Below, in pieces: positions 9,035 to 18,040 of a DNA stretch of 64,000 bases. Within the stretch, counting starts at the first letter, position 1. The number at the start of each line of letters is the position of its first letter. This stretch comes from Bacteroidales bacterium (lineage in GTDB: Bacteria > Bacteroidota > Bacteroidia > Bacteroidales > UBA1715). Below the pieces are notes generated by a model. It was given only the letters and a program-made list of their open reading frames with translations, was not told the DNA's origin and did no database searches. The DNA lies in the NCBI GenBank assembly GCA_031286165.1, contig JAITUU010000018.1, positions 47,934 to 111,933 on the forward strand, given 5' to 3'. A program made the translations under genes and the position numbers.

Positions 9035-9633
9035 GGTGAATCATTACATTCCACAATTTCGTTGCACAAGCAATATTCCTCGCCTGTTTCGGGGCAATGA
9101 GCGGTATTTTTGTGGTTGAATATCAAGCGATGACCGTATTTACTTACCCAGCCAAGATGTCGTGCAGGATTACCCGCCACAAGTTCAAAATTTTTCACCG
9201 ACTTGGTAACAATCGCTCCGGCAGCAATCATGGCATAGGCACCAATTTCGTTGCCGCACACAATGGTAGCATTGGCACCTATGCTCGCACCGCGCCGCAC
9301 TATGGTTTTTTTAAATTCATGCTTGCGCTCTACAAAACTGCGCGGATTAATTACATTGGTAAACACCACCGAAGGACCTACAAACACATCGTGCTCGCAC
9401 TCCACGCCGGTGTAAAGCGACACATTATTTTGAATTTTCACGCCATTGCCTATGTTCACTCCTTCGCCTATAAACACATTTTGCCCAATGTTGCAATTTT
9501 TTCCAATGCTACACCCTGCCATAATGTGCGAAAAATGCCAAATACGAGTGCCTTCGCCTATGGTGCACGGGTAGTCTATTACCACCGTAGGGTGAATTGA
9601 TGTGCGAGATGTGAGATGCAAAATTTCAGACAT
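9019..9633 (-). CDS. left-handed beta-helix (hexapeptide) N-acetyltransferase, WbpD/FdtC-like sugar-nucleotide acyltransferase
   Basis: Start set at ATG 9633 (MSEILHLTSRTSIHPT...). Hexapeptide repeats (IGKNCNIGQNVFIGEGVNIGNGVKIQNNVS), VFTNVINPRS and the VAGNPARHLGWVS tail typical of WbpD-like enzymes. The track start adds 55 aa of low-complexity upstream sequence. Confidence 0.8.
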   Translation of the reverse strand: MSEILHLTSRTSIHPTVVIDYPCTIGEGTRIWHFSHIMAGCSIGKNCNIGQNVFIGEGVNIGNGVKIQNNVSLYTGVECEHDVFVGPSVVFTNVINPRSFVERKHEFKKTIVRRGASIGANATIVCGNEIGAYAMIAAGAIVTKSVKNFELVAGNPARHLGWVSKYGHRLIFNHKNTAHCPETGEEYCLCNEIVECNDSPSFRT

Positions 9634-9805
9634 GAGAAAACTCTCGTAATTGTTAATTATTAGTTGGAAAAAGACACATAGACACAAGAAGAGTCCTGTA
9701 AATCTTTTAATCTTATAAAAATCATAGTTCAGACAATTCGTAATTGAATATAGCAAATGTAAAATAAAATAATCACAAATAGACTTGTGCTTTTGCAAAA
9801 AGTAT

Positions 9806-9813
9806 TATTTTTG
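9806..9813 (+). promoter_or_regulatory. candidate -7 promoter box for sdhCAB
   Basis: tatttttg matches TAnnTTTG, 49 nt upstream of the sdhC ATG. Confidence 0.4.
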
Positions 9814-9862
9814 CGACAATTTATAATTATTACACAAAAACTTTTAAAAACGTAATTATTTT

Positions 9863-10555
9863 ATGGCAAATTTTTTCAGTTCTTCAATCGGCAAAAAACT
9901 CATAATGAGTCTTTCCGGTCTTTTTCTTATTCTGTTTTTGCTTTTTCACATGAGTATGAATGTTGTGGCACTCATTTCTGAGCATGGCTACGATATGGTG
10001 TGCGAATTTTTAGGTGCAAATTGGTATGCTTTGGTAGGAACCATGATTATAGCAGCCGGCGCAATTTTCCACATGGGTTATGCTTTTGTGCTTTTTGCAA
10101 GCAATAAAAAAGCGCGAGGCAACGATGTCTACGCAGTAACTGCACGCCCCAAACAAGTAGAATGGGCTTCGCAAAATATGCTTGTGCTCGGTGTGGCAAT
10201 AGCAACATTCTTAATTTTGCATTTGTACAATTTTTGGGCAAAAATGCAATTCGTAGAATTACAACACATGATGGGTTTCCACGTGAGCGAAGAGGCTATG
10301 TGCAGAGCAACCAGCGGTGTATTTTGGATTAAACACATATTTGCACAACCAATATATGTAGTATTATATCTTGTTGCACTTGTAGCATTGTGGTTTCACT
10401 TAACTCACGGTTTTTGGAGCGCACTCCACACCATAGGTTGGAACAATTTGAAATGGATTAATCGTTTGCAAAAAATTTCAAACGTAGTGGCAACCATCGT
10501 TTGCTTAGGTTTTGCTGCGGTAGTAGTAGTATATTATATTGTATCAATTTTATAA
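9863..10555 (+). CDS. sdhC: succinate dehydrogenase/fumarate reductase cytochrome b subunit (b558 type)
   Basis: 230 aa, five hydrophobic helices with conserved His positions (FHMSMN, LHLYNF, HLTHGF). Immediately upstream of sdhA and sdhB. Confidence 0.75.
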   Translation: MANFFSSSIGKKLIMSLSGLFLILFLLFHMSMNVVALISEHGYDMVCEFLGANWYALVGTMIIAAGAIFHMGYAFVLFASNKKARGNDVYAVTARPKQVEWASQNMLVLGVAIATFLILHLYNFWAKMQFVELQHMMGFHVSEEAMCRATSGVFWIKHIFAQPIYVVLYLVALVALWFHLTHGFWSALHTIGWNNLKWINRLQKISNVVATIVCLGFAAVVVVYYIVSIL

Positions 10556-10558
10556 ATA

Positions 10559-10640
10559 AGACACAAGATGCACGATTTTAGACACAAGATTTTTTACAAC
10601 GAATAGTCTAAACGTCTTAGGTCTAATAGTCTAAAAACTT
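10559..10640. repeat. degenerate palindromic/tandem element in the sdhC-sdhA spacer (AGACACAAGA x2 ... GTCTTAGGTCTAATAGTCTA)
   Basis: agacacaaga at 10559-10568 and 10580-10589. The right arm gtcttaggtctaatagtcta (10614-10633) is 18/20 identical to gtcttgtgtctaatagtcta at 20835-20854. Confidence 0.6.
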
Positions 10641-10654
10641 TAAAATAAAAAATT

Positions 10655-12592
10655 ATGGCAACATTAGAAAATAAAATTCCCGAAGGTCAATTAGCCCAAA
10701 AGTGGCAACATTATAAAAGTCATCAAAAATTGGTAAACCCTGCCAATAAACGTAAATTAGACGTTATTATAGTAGGTTCGGGTTTGGCAGGAGGTGCGGC
10801 AGCCGCAGCACTTGGTGAACTTGGTTTCAACGTAAAATGTTTTGCATATCAAGATAGTCCGCGCCGTGCACACTCTATTGCGGCACAAGGCGGTATCAAT
10901 GCTGCAAAAAATTATCAAAACGATGGCGATAGCATTTTTCGCTTGTTCTACGACACCGTGAAAGGCGGCGACTACCGCGCTCGCGAGGCAAATGTGTATC
11001 GCTTGGCGGAAGTGAGCAACAGCATTATAGACCAATGCGTGGCACAAGGTGTACCTTTCGCTCGCGATTACGGAGGCTTGCTCGACAACCGTTCATTTGG
11101 CGGTGCGCAAGTTTCGCGTACTTTCTACGCAAAAGGACAAACCGGACAACAATTATTACTCGGCGCGTATTCGGCACTCAGCCGCCAAATCGGTAAAGGC
11201 ACCGTAAAAATGTACACTCGCACCGAAATGATGGATATAGTAGTGGTGGACGGAAAATGTCGCGGTATAGTTTCTCGCGATTTAGTTACCGGAAAACTCG
11301 AAGCGCACTTTGGACACGCAGTGGTAATAGCCACCGGCGGTTACGGAAACGTGTTCTTCCTTTCTACCAACGCTATGGGTTCCAATGGTAGCGCGGCATG
11401 GAAAGCCTACAAAAAAGGCGCGTATTTCGCAAATCCTTGCTATGTGCAAATTCACCCTACATGTATTCCTGTGCACGGAGAATTTCAATCAAAACTAACG
11501 CTTATGAGCGAAAGTTTGCGTAACGATGGTCGTATATGGGCACCAAAACGCAAAGAAGATGCCGAAGCAATTCGTGCCGGAAAACTAAAACCCGAAGATA
11601 TACCCGATGAAAATCGCGATTTCTATTTGGAACGCCGCTATCCTGCTTTCGGAAACTTGGTGCCTCGCGATGTGGCTTCACGCGCCGCAAAAGAACGCTG
11701 CGATGCCGGCTACGGTGTAGAAAGCGGCGAAGCAGTATATTTGGATTTCAAATACGCCATAGAACGACTTGGCAGAGATGTGGTAGAGGCTCGCTACGGT
11801 AACTTATTCCAAATGTATGAAAAAATTACCGACCAAAATCCCTATCAAACGCCAATGATGATTTACCCCGCTATTCACTACACTATGGGTGGAATTTGGG
11901 TAGATTACGAATTGCAAACCACCATTCCCGGACTTTTTGCCGCAGGTGAGGCAAATTTCTCCGACCACGGTGCAAACCGCTTAGGTGCTTCGGCTCTTAT
12001 GCAGGGTTTGGCAGACGGATATTTTGTACTTCCCTACACCTTGCAAAACTATTTAGCAGACGAACTTCACACACCGCGCATGAACGTAAACGAAGGCGAA
12101 TTTGCCAAAACACTCGGCGATGTGAACTCTCATATAGAAAAATTGATGAGCATAAAAGGAACAAAATCGGTAGATTATTTCCACAAAAAACTCGGAAAAG
12201 TAATGTGGGATAAAGTAGGTATGGCTCGCAATGCACAAGGATTGAAAGAAGCGATTGAAGAAATAGCACAAATTCGCAAAGAATTTTGGGCAGACGTGCG
12301 CATACCGGGAGAAGCAAACGAAATGAATCCTGAACTCGAAAAAGCAAACCGTGTAGCCGATTTCTTGGAATTGGGCGAACTTATGGCTCGCGATGCTTTG
12401 GTACGCGAAGAATCGTGCGGCGGACACTTCCGCGAAGAACATCAAACCGAAGAAGGCGAAGCAAAACGCGATGACGTGAATTTTGCTTACGTAGGTGCTT
12501 GGGAATACAAAGGCGACAATGCAACTCCCGAACTTCACAAAGAAGCACTCGTGTTTGAAGAATGTAAATTAGTGCAAAGAAATTACAAATAA
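10655..12592 (+). CDS. sdhA: succinate dehydrogenase/fumarate reductase flavoprotein subunit
   Basis: FAD motif [11 protein letters not shown], covalent-FAD His context [14 protein letters not shown], catalytic HYTMGG and [10 protein letters not shown] blocks. 645 aa. Confidence 0.95.
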   Translation: MATLENKIPEGQLAQKWQHYKSHQKLVNPANKRKLDVIIVGSGLAGGAAAAALGELGFNVKCFAYQDSPRRAHSIAAQGGINAAKNYQNDGDSIFRLFYDTVKGGDYRAREANVYRLAEVSNSIIDQCVAQGVPFARDYGGLLDNRSFGGAQVSRTFYAKGQTGQQLLLGAYSALSRQIGKGTVKMYTRTEMMDIVVVDGKCRGIVSRDLVTGKLEAHFGHAVVIATGGYGNVFFLSTNAMGSNGSAAWKAYKKGAYFANPCYVQIHPTCIPVHGEFQSKLTLMSESLRNDGRIWAPKRKEDAEAIRAGKLKPEDIPDENRDFYLERRYPAFGNLVPRDVASRAAKERCDAGYGVESGEAVYLDFKYAIERLGRDVVEARYGNLFQMYEKITDQNPYQTPMMIYPAIHYTMGGIWVDYELQTTIPGLFAAGEANFSDHGANRLGASALMQGLADGYFVLPYTLQNYLADELHTPRMNVNEGEFAKTLGDVNSHIEKLMSIKGTKSVDYFHKKLGKVMWDKVGMARNAQGLKEAIEEIAQIRKEFWADVRIPGEANEMNPELEKANRVADFLELGELMARDALVREESCGGHFREEHQTEEGEAKRDDVNFAYVGAWEYKGDNATPELHKEALVFEECKLVQRNYK

Positions 12593-12636
12593 AATTAGTG
12601 ATAACTTCCCGTTGTGGAATTATAAAATATACAATT

Positions 12637-13398
12637 ATGAGCGAAAAACAAAGTTTGAATTTGACACTCAAAGTGTGGCGTCAAAAAGGTCCAAAAGACA
12701 AAGGACAATTTGAAACCTACAACGTTAGCAATATTTCTCCCGATAGTTCATTTCTTGAAATGATGGACGTGCTCAACGAACAACTCATTAGCGAAGGAAA
12801 AGAACCAATTGCTTTTGACCACGACTGTCGCGAAGGAATTTGCGGAATGTGCAGTTTGTTCATCAATGGTCATGCACACGGACCCGATGAAGATATTACC
12901 ACCTGCCAATTACACATGCGTAAATTCAATACCGGCGATACTATTACCATAGAACCTTGGCGTTCGGCAGGTTTCCCGGTTATCAAAGATTTGATAGTGG
13001 ACCGCCGTGCCTTCGATAAAATTATGGCTGCCGGCGGATTTGTGTCGGTAAATACCGGTGGAGTGCCCGATGGTAACGCTATTCCAATTCCAAAAGACGA
13101 TGCCGATGAAGCAATGGACGCAGCATCGTGCATAGGGTGCGGAGCCTGCGTGGCAAGTTGTAAAAACGGTTCGGCTATGCTTTTTGTGTCGGCAAAAGTT
13201 TCACAACTCGCGCTTCTGCCGCAAGGTCGCGTAGAGGCTGCTCGCCGCGCCAAAAACATGGTGGCAAAAATGGACGAACTTGGGTTCGGAAATTGCACCA
13301 ACACTGCTGCTTGCGAAGCACAATGCCCTAAGAATGTGTCGATAGCAAACATTGCTCGCCTCAACCGTGAGTTTTTGTGCGCTACATTGAAAGACTAA
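12637..13398 (+). CDS. sdhB: succinate dehydrogenase/fumarate reductase iron-sulfur subunit
   Basis: Cys clusters [10 protein letters not shown] (2Fe-2S), [11 protein letters not shown] (4Fe-4S) and [12 protein letters not shown] (3Fe-4S). Start moved to ATG 12637 (MSEKQS...). Confidence 0.95.
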   Translation: MSEKQSLNLTLKVWRQKGPKDKGQFETYNVSNISPDSSFLEMMDVLNEQLISEGKEPIAFDHDCREGICGMCSLFINGHAHGPDEDITTCQLHMRKFNTGDTITIEPWRSAGFPVIKDLIVDRRAFDKIMAAGGFVSVNTGGVPDGNAIPIPKDDADEAMDAASCIGCGACVASCKNGSAMLFVSAKVSQLALLPQGRVEAARRAKNMVAKMDELGFGNCTNTAACEAQCPKNVSIANIARLNREFLCATLKD

Positions 13399-13412
13399 TA
13401 CATACATTTTAC

Positions 13413-13465
13413 AAAATGTGAAAATATAATGCACAAAGTTGTATTGTATTTTCACATTTTTTTTA
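13413..13465 (+). terminator. rho-independent terminator candidate after sdhB
   Basis: aaaatgtgaaaata (13413-13426) is perfectly complementary to tattttcacatttt (13447-13460), with a 20-nt loop, followed by a T-run. Confidence 0.55.
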
Positions 13466-13493
13466 TTTTTACGCTACACTAAAAAAACATATC

Positions 13494-14456
13494 ATGATAC
13501 AAACACAGAGCAACATTGCACTTATCACAAAAGAAGAGTGTTTTACTTTTTTCGATGCCATAGGGCAACCGTTACTAAAAACCATGTGGGAAAAACGCGA
13601 AAACGTAGTTTGTAAAGAACTGCACGATTTCACCAAAGGCGATTCGGCATCGTGGGTTGGGGCTATTGGCAATTTACCTTACCGCGCCGTAGTTATTTTG
13701 GGCGGAGTAGCCGATATTTCTACTTCGGGGCAAAAAGTGGATTTCAAAGCGCGTCCGCTGCGAGTAGCCTTCGACACTCCCGTATTGCCCAAAGAATACT
13801 CCAATTTGCAAGTAGGTTCGCGCATTTCGGCACTCGCCGGATTACAGTGCGACCACATAGTGCTCAAATCCTACGGCGACAATCGCTACCGATTGTTCAA
13901 CACCAAAGGTTTGACCTCAGACGGCAAAGAACTCACCGTGAAATACGACAGCAATACCGCCAATGCTCGCTATATAGACCAATACGAACAAGATAGCGAC
14001 ACCGCGTGGTCGAACAATGCCGAAGTGGAAGCCGCCATGCAGGAATTAGACGAATTGATTGCAAAAACAGGATTTGCCATAGAAAGCAAAAAATCGAAAG
14101 CAAAATCAACAACAGCACCACAAGCCGCTCCGGCAAACGATTCGCAACCCAAAGTAGCCGAAGCAAAAGAACTCGTAATTGCAAAATTAAAAACCAATAA
14201 AAATGTATCTTCATTTGAATTGGCTCACGAATTGGTAGAAAAATATCCCTACGAACTCTATTTTGCCGATGCAGTGGAACTTGCAAAAGACCTCTGCGAA
14301 GTGAAACGAATTACCGACAGCGTAAACGACCTTTCGGAAGTAAAAAACGCCACCGATTGGAATACCATTAACGCCCTTTTGGAAAAAAACAAAGAACAAA
14401 CCCAACTCGCTGCCACTATTGAAATGAATGCTGCGCAGTATTTTTCACAACGCTAA
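13494..14456 (+). CDS. hypothetical protein
   Basis: 320-aa ORF with coding-like composition. Central low-complexity linker (KKSKAKSTTAPQAAPANDSQPK). No family recognised. Confidence 0.5.
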   Translation: MIQTQSNIALITKEECFTFFDAIGQPLLKTMWEKRENVVCKELHDFTKGDSASWVGAIGNLPYRAVVILGGVADISTSGQKVDFKARPLRVAFDTPVLPKEYSNLQVGSRISALAGLQCDHIVLKSYGDNRYRLFNTKGLTSDGKELTVKYDSNTANARYIDQYEQDSDTAWSNNAEVEAAMQELDELIAKTGFAIESKKSKAKSTTAPQAAPANDSQPKVAEAKELVIAKLKTNKNVSSFELAHELVEKYPYELYFADAVELAKDLCEVKRITDSVNDLSEVKNATDWNTINALLEKNKEQTQLAATIEMNAAQYFSQR

Positions 14457-14480
14457 CCTTCTTTTTCTTCATAGTTTTCC

Positions 14481-14512
14481 GGGTGTGGCGCACTATGCGT
14501 TACACCCTTTTT
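14481..14512 (+). terminator. rho-independent terminator candidate
   Basis: gggtgt...acaccc stem (14481-14507) followed by ttttt. Confidence 0.5.
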
Positions 14513-14539
14513 ATTCTATGCCGTATCTCATAAATTTAT

Positions 14540-14570
14540 TTCGTAATTCGTAATTTTTAATTCGTAATTA
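14540..14570 (+). repeat. tandem heptamers TTCGTAA TTCGTAA TTTTTAA TTCGTAA
   Basis: Read directly from the sequence, period 7. Located just upstream of the lemA -7 box. Confidence 0.7.
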
Positions 14571-14574
14571 ATGC

Positions 14575-14582
14575 TATCTTTG
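14575..14582 (+). promoter_or_regulatory. candidate -7 promoter box for lemA operon
   Basis: tatctttg matches TAnnTTTG, 28 nt upstream of ATG 14611. Confidence 0.45.
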
Positions 14583-14610
14583 CCATAGTAATTTAAAAAA
14601 ACACAGCATT

Positions 14611-15177
14611 ATGAGCACAACAACCATTATTATTTTAGTAGTCATTATCGTTATCATTCTTTGGATTGTTTCTATATACAATCGTTTAGTGCGCTTGCGC
14701 AATAATCGCGAAAATGCCTTTGCCGATATTGACGTACAACTCAAACAACGCTACGACCTTATTCCCCAATTGGTGGAAACCGTGAAAGGCTACGCAAAAC
14801 ACGAAAAAACCACACTTGAAAATGTAATCAATCTGCGCAATGCCGCCGCAAGTGCCACCACCATTGACGGTAAAATTGCCGCCGAAAATCAACTGAGTTC
14901 CGCACTTGCCGGGCTGAAAGTTACGCTCGAAGCCTACCCCGATTTGAAAGCAAATCAAAACTTTTTGCAGTTGCAAAACGAAATGGGCGATATAGAAAAC
15001 AAACTTTCTGCCGTGCGCCGTTTCTTCAACTCTGCCACCCGCGAATTGAACAATGCAGTACAAGTATTTCCTTCCAATATTTTTGCAGGAATGTTCGGGT
15101 TCAAAAAAGAACTGATGTTTGATTTAGGTACCGAACGCGCCACACTCGAACAAGCACCCAAAATCAGTTTTGAATAA
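14611..15177 (+). CDS. lemA: LemA family protein
   Basis: N-terminal TM helix followed by LemA-type blocks (YNRLVRLRN, AFADIDVQLKQRYDLIP, VRRFFNSATRELN). Confidence 0.9.
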   Translation: MSTTTIIILVVIIVIILWIVSIYNRLVRLRNNRENAFADIDVQLKQRYDLIPQLVETVKGYAKHEKTTLENVINLRNAAASATTIDGKIAAENQLSSALAGLKVTLEAYPDLKANQNFLQLQNEMGDIENKLSAVRRFFNSATRELNNAVQVFPSNIFAGMFGFKKELMFDLGTERATLEQAPKISFE

Positions 15178-15181
15178 CAGA

Positions 15182-15221
15182 TTTTTCAATTTCTCAATTA
15201 TTCAGTCATTCAATCATTATT
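15182..15221 (+). repeat. tandem degenerate 8-mers TTTTTCAA TTTCTCAA TTATTCAG TCATTCAA TCATTATT
   Basis: Read directly from the sequence. It fills the lemA to M48-peptidase spacer up to the ATG. Confidence 0.6.
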
Positions 15222-15222
15222 T

Positions 15223-16158
15223 ATGCGCTATATAGGTTTAGCCACTCAACAACGTCAAAATAACATTCGTTCACTCGTACTCGTTATTCTGTTTCCGGTG
15301 CTTTTACTTGTATTGTGCTATCTTGCCATGTTTATTCTTGTGTATTACACACAAGAAAATCCCTCGCAGAAAATGGTGCTTCACGCCTTTGCCGGTGCTG
15401 CTCCCTATGTGATTATTTTCGTGGCAATTTGGTTTTTTATAGCCTATTTTTCCAACACCATGATTATCAATTACGCCACGCAAGCGCAACCGCTCACGCG
15501 AAAAGATAATATGCGGATTTATAATTTGACAGAGAATTTGTGTATGTCGGTAGGAATGCCCATGCCAAAAATCAATATTATAGAAGACTCTGCACTGAAC
15601 GCTTTTGCCAGCGGACTGAACGACAAAACCTACACCGTAACGCTCACGCGAGGAATTATCAACACGCTGAACGATGAAGAATTAGAGGGTGTAATTGCTC
15701 ACGAACTTTCGCACATTCGCAATCGAGATGTGCGTTTACTCATTATTTCCATAGTATTTGTAGGAATTTTTGCCATGATAGCACAAATCGGTTTCCGCAT
15801 GGCACTTTTCAGCGGCGGCGGCAGACGCGATAGAAACGGCAACAGCAATATCATAATTCTTGTTATTGTAATGGTAGTTGCCATAGTTGGTTACTTTGTG
15901 TCAGTGCTTATGCGCTTTGCCATTAGTCGCAAGCGAGAATATTTAGCCGATGCTTCGGCAGCCGAAATGACCAAAAATCCGCACGCATTGGCATCGGCAC
16001 TACGCAAAATTTCGGGGAATCCCACATTGCAAAACGAAGTGCCCGATAGTGTGTCGCAACTATTTATAGACCACCCCGAACAAAAATCAGCACTTGCCTC
16101 ACTTTTTGCCACTCACCCACCTATTACAAAACGCATACAAATATTGGAGCAGTTTTAA
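15223..16158 (+). CDS. M48-family zinc metallopeptidase (HtpX-like)
   Basis: HExxH in IAHELSHIRNRD, flanking TM helices, C-terminal FATHPPITKRI block typical of HtpX-like proteases. Classic LemA-M48 gene pair. Confidence 0.85.
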   Translation: MRYIGLATQQRQNNIRSLVLVILFPVLLLVLCYLAMFILVYYTQENPSQKMVLHAFAGAAPYVIIFVAIWFFIAYFSNTMIINYATQAQPLTRKDNMRIYNLTENLCMSVGMPMPKINIIEDSALNAFASGLNDKTYTVTLTRGIINTLNDEELEGVIAHELSHIRNRDVRLLIISIVFVGIFAMIAQIGFRMALFSGGGRRDRNGNSNIIILVIVMVVAIVGYFVSVLMRFAISRKREYLADASAAEMTKNPHALASALRKISGNPTLQNEVPDSVSQLFIDHPEQKSALASLFATHPPITKRIQILEQF

Positions 16159-16459
16159 GATACTCACACAACAAATTACCGTGATTGACAGTATGCACAG
16201 TTCTGTTAATCCTGAACCCACAAAAAATACAATCCTATAATATACTAATTATCAGAAAAATAGAAATTTAACATATCATTTATAAAGTTTCTAACGTTAT
16301 TCTCAACCTCTAAAATTGTCCAAAACATTTCAGTACGAGAATAAGTTACGGAGGTTCACGTCTGCAAGGCGTGAACTGTTTGTGCTTATTTGGTATTACG
16401 GTTCTTGGACAAACCATAGAGGTAAAATAAGCAAAATACAAACAGTTTACGCTTTTTTT

Positions 16460-16702
16460 ATGCCTCAGTCCGAAGTAGCACATATAGGAAATAGTATCAA
16501 GCAATCGCTAAAAAACAACGACCGCTCTATGGCATGGCTTGCCAAAAAAGTGCACTGCGACCGAAGTAATTTTGCAAAAAAATTACACAACAATTCCATT
16601 GACATAAGCTTACTACACCGCATTTGCGAAGTATTGCACGAAGATTTTTTTGCCCAATGCTCCACCTCATTGTGCGGCAAAAATACCGCACAAAACGATT
16701 GA
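16460..16702 (+). CDS. small XRE-type helix-turn-helix protein
   Basis: Start set at ATG 16460 (MPQSEVAHIGNSIKQSLKNNDRSMAWLAKKVHCDRSNFAKKL...), an HTH_3-like pattern. The track ORF's 48-aa N-terminal extension looks non-coding. Confidence 0.55.
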   Translation: MPQSEVAHIGNSIKQSLKNNDRSMAWLAKKVHCDRSNFAKKLHNNSIDISLLHRICEVLHEDFFAQCSTSLCGKNTAQND

Positions 16703-16834
16703 AAAAAGTCGCACAATAGCGGCTTCTTCGCCACTGATTTCCATCATATTTTTCTATGATTTCGGCGTTATTTGCAGTATAATTATTAATCTGTAAAAAC
16801 CTCGCGATGATGTAAGGAAAATCGTATGTGTGTT

Positions 16835-17074
16835 ATGAAACAAAAATTTTTATTCGTTGGCGTAATTTGCGCTGTGGGTTTGGGCGCATTTTTAACATCA
16901 TGCGGAAGCGATGACACGACCATTGGTTGTGAATGTTTCGTAGATGGCGATAGAGAAACTTATACATACTCTGAAATGAGCAACGAGTATGGTGTATCAA
17001 GTTGCAGTAGTCTTACCTCTGCCATTTGGTCGGAAGAAGATGGAGAAAGTACCGTGTCGTGCAAACCTTGGTAA
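16835..17074 (+). CDS. small Cys-rich lipoprotein
   Basis: MKQKFLFVGVICAVGLGAFLTSC is a lipobox (LTSC). The mature ~55-aa acidic peptide has four further Cys. ATG 16826 is an alternative start. Confidence 0.5.
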   Translation: MKQKFLFVGVICAVGLGAFLTSCGSDDTTIGCECFVDGDRETYTYSEMSNEYGVSSCSSLTSAIWSEEDGESTVSCKPW

Positions 17075-17091
17075 TCACAATCCTATTTTCT

Positions 17092-17132
17092 AACACGATT
17101 CTATTGAAATTGCTCGATAGAATCGTGTTTTG
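17092..17132 (+). terminator. strong hairpin between lipoprotein gene and MauE/thioredoxin gene
   Basis: aacacgattctat (17092-17104) is perfectly complementary to atagaatcgtgtt (17117-17129), with a 12-nt loop, followed by a short T-run (tttt). Confidence 0.55.
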
Positions 17133-17155
17133 TATATAACAAAACCTATTCAACC

Positions 17156-18031
17156 ATGACAAAACGCATAGAACTTTACGCCCTTGTTTCAGGCTTGCTT
17201 TTTTTACTTTCGGGAATTGCCAAAGCAGTTGATATTTCGGTATTTGCGCGTGCAATTTCGCAGTACGGATTTGGGAATTTACAATTTGTGGCACCGCTTA
17301 TTGTAGTGGTAGAAGTTGCCTTGGGGTTATTACTTTTGTTTCAACTATGGCAAAAAAGAACTGCGTTGTGGGCGGCAATTTTAGTTGCAATGTTCACGCT
17401 GGTATATGCCTACGGCGTTCTGTTTCATGGTGTAGAAGATTGCGGCTGTTTCGGTACTATTAGTTTTCTCAACTCTTCACCGCTTGTAACTTTTGTGCGC
17501 AATGCGGTGTTACTCTATTTACTTATTGCAGTGTGGCGAAAAGGAGAAAACAAAAGCAGTGCAAACGTATGGGCGGTAGCGGCAATAATTCTCGCGCTCA
17601 CAATCACGGCATTTATGACAGGGTACACCTTTCGTAAAATGAGAACATCGCACAATCAAGAAAATTTTAAAGCACAAGCAATAGAACATTCTGAATTACG
17701 AAATTTTGTGCAAACATCGAAAGACAGCACGTATTTCGTGTTTGTATTTTCATATTCGTGTCCACACTGCTTAAATTCTATTGCTAATTTGAAAGAATAC
17801 GAGCGTGCAGGCGTAGTAGATAGAGTGATTGCGTTGGCTCTTGGCGATTCTATTCAAGAAAAAAAGTTTGCCGAAGTTTTTCAACCGAACTTTACCATCA
17901 TCAATCATTCAAAAGAACTTTTGAAACTTACCAATAGTTTTCCAAAATCATTTATCGTGCGCAACGATAGTATTGTGCGCGAAATTGCAGGAGAATTGCC
18001 TTCGGCGTATTTATTGAAATCTGCAAAATAA
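17156..18031 (+). CDS. MauE/DoxX-type membrane protein fused to a thioredoxin-fold domain
   Basis: Four to five N-terminal TM helices with the MauE-like VEDCGCFG motif. The C-terminal soluble domain has CxxC (FSYSCPHCLNS). Confidence 0.7.
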   Translation: MTKRIELYALVSGLLFLLSGIAKAVDISVFARAISQYGFGNLQFVAPLIVVVEVALGLLLLFQLWQKRTALWAAILVAMFTLVYAYGVLFHGVEDCGCFGTISFLNSSPLVTFVRNAVLLYLLIAVWRKGENKSSANVWAVAAIILALTITAFMTGYTFRKMRTSHNQENFKAQAIEHSELRNFVQTSKDSTYFVFVFSYSCPHCLNSIANLKEYERAGVVDRVIALALGDSIQEKKFAEVFQPNFTIINHSKELLKLTNSFPKSFIVRNDSIVREIAGELPSAYLLKSAK

Positions 18032-18040
18032 TAACTCTTT

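Noticed and set aside
9634-9798. N-terminal extensions in the ORF track (acyltransferase to 9798, trxB from 19303, ilvD from 21623, sdhB from 12598, GH44-like from 32441, HTH from 16316, and others)
   Set aside because: The extensions translate low-complexity spacer repeats or use TTG/GTG starts. Internal ATGs give N-termini colinear with known family members or proper signal peptides.
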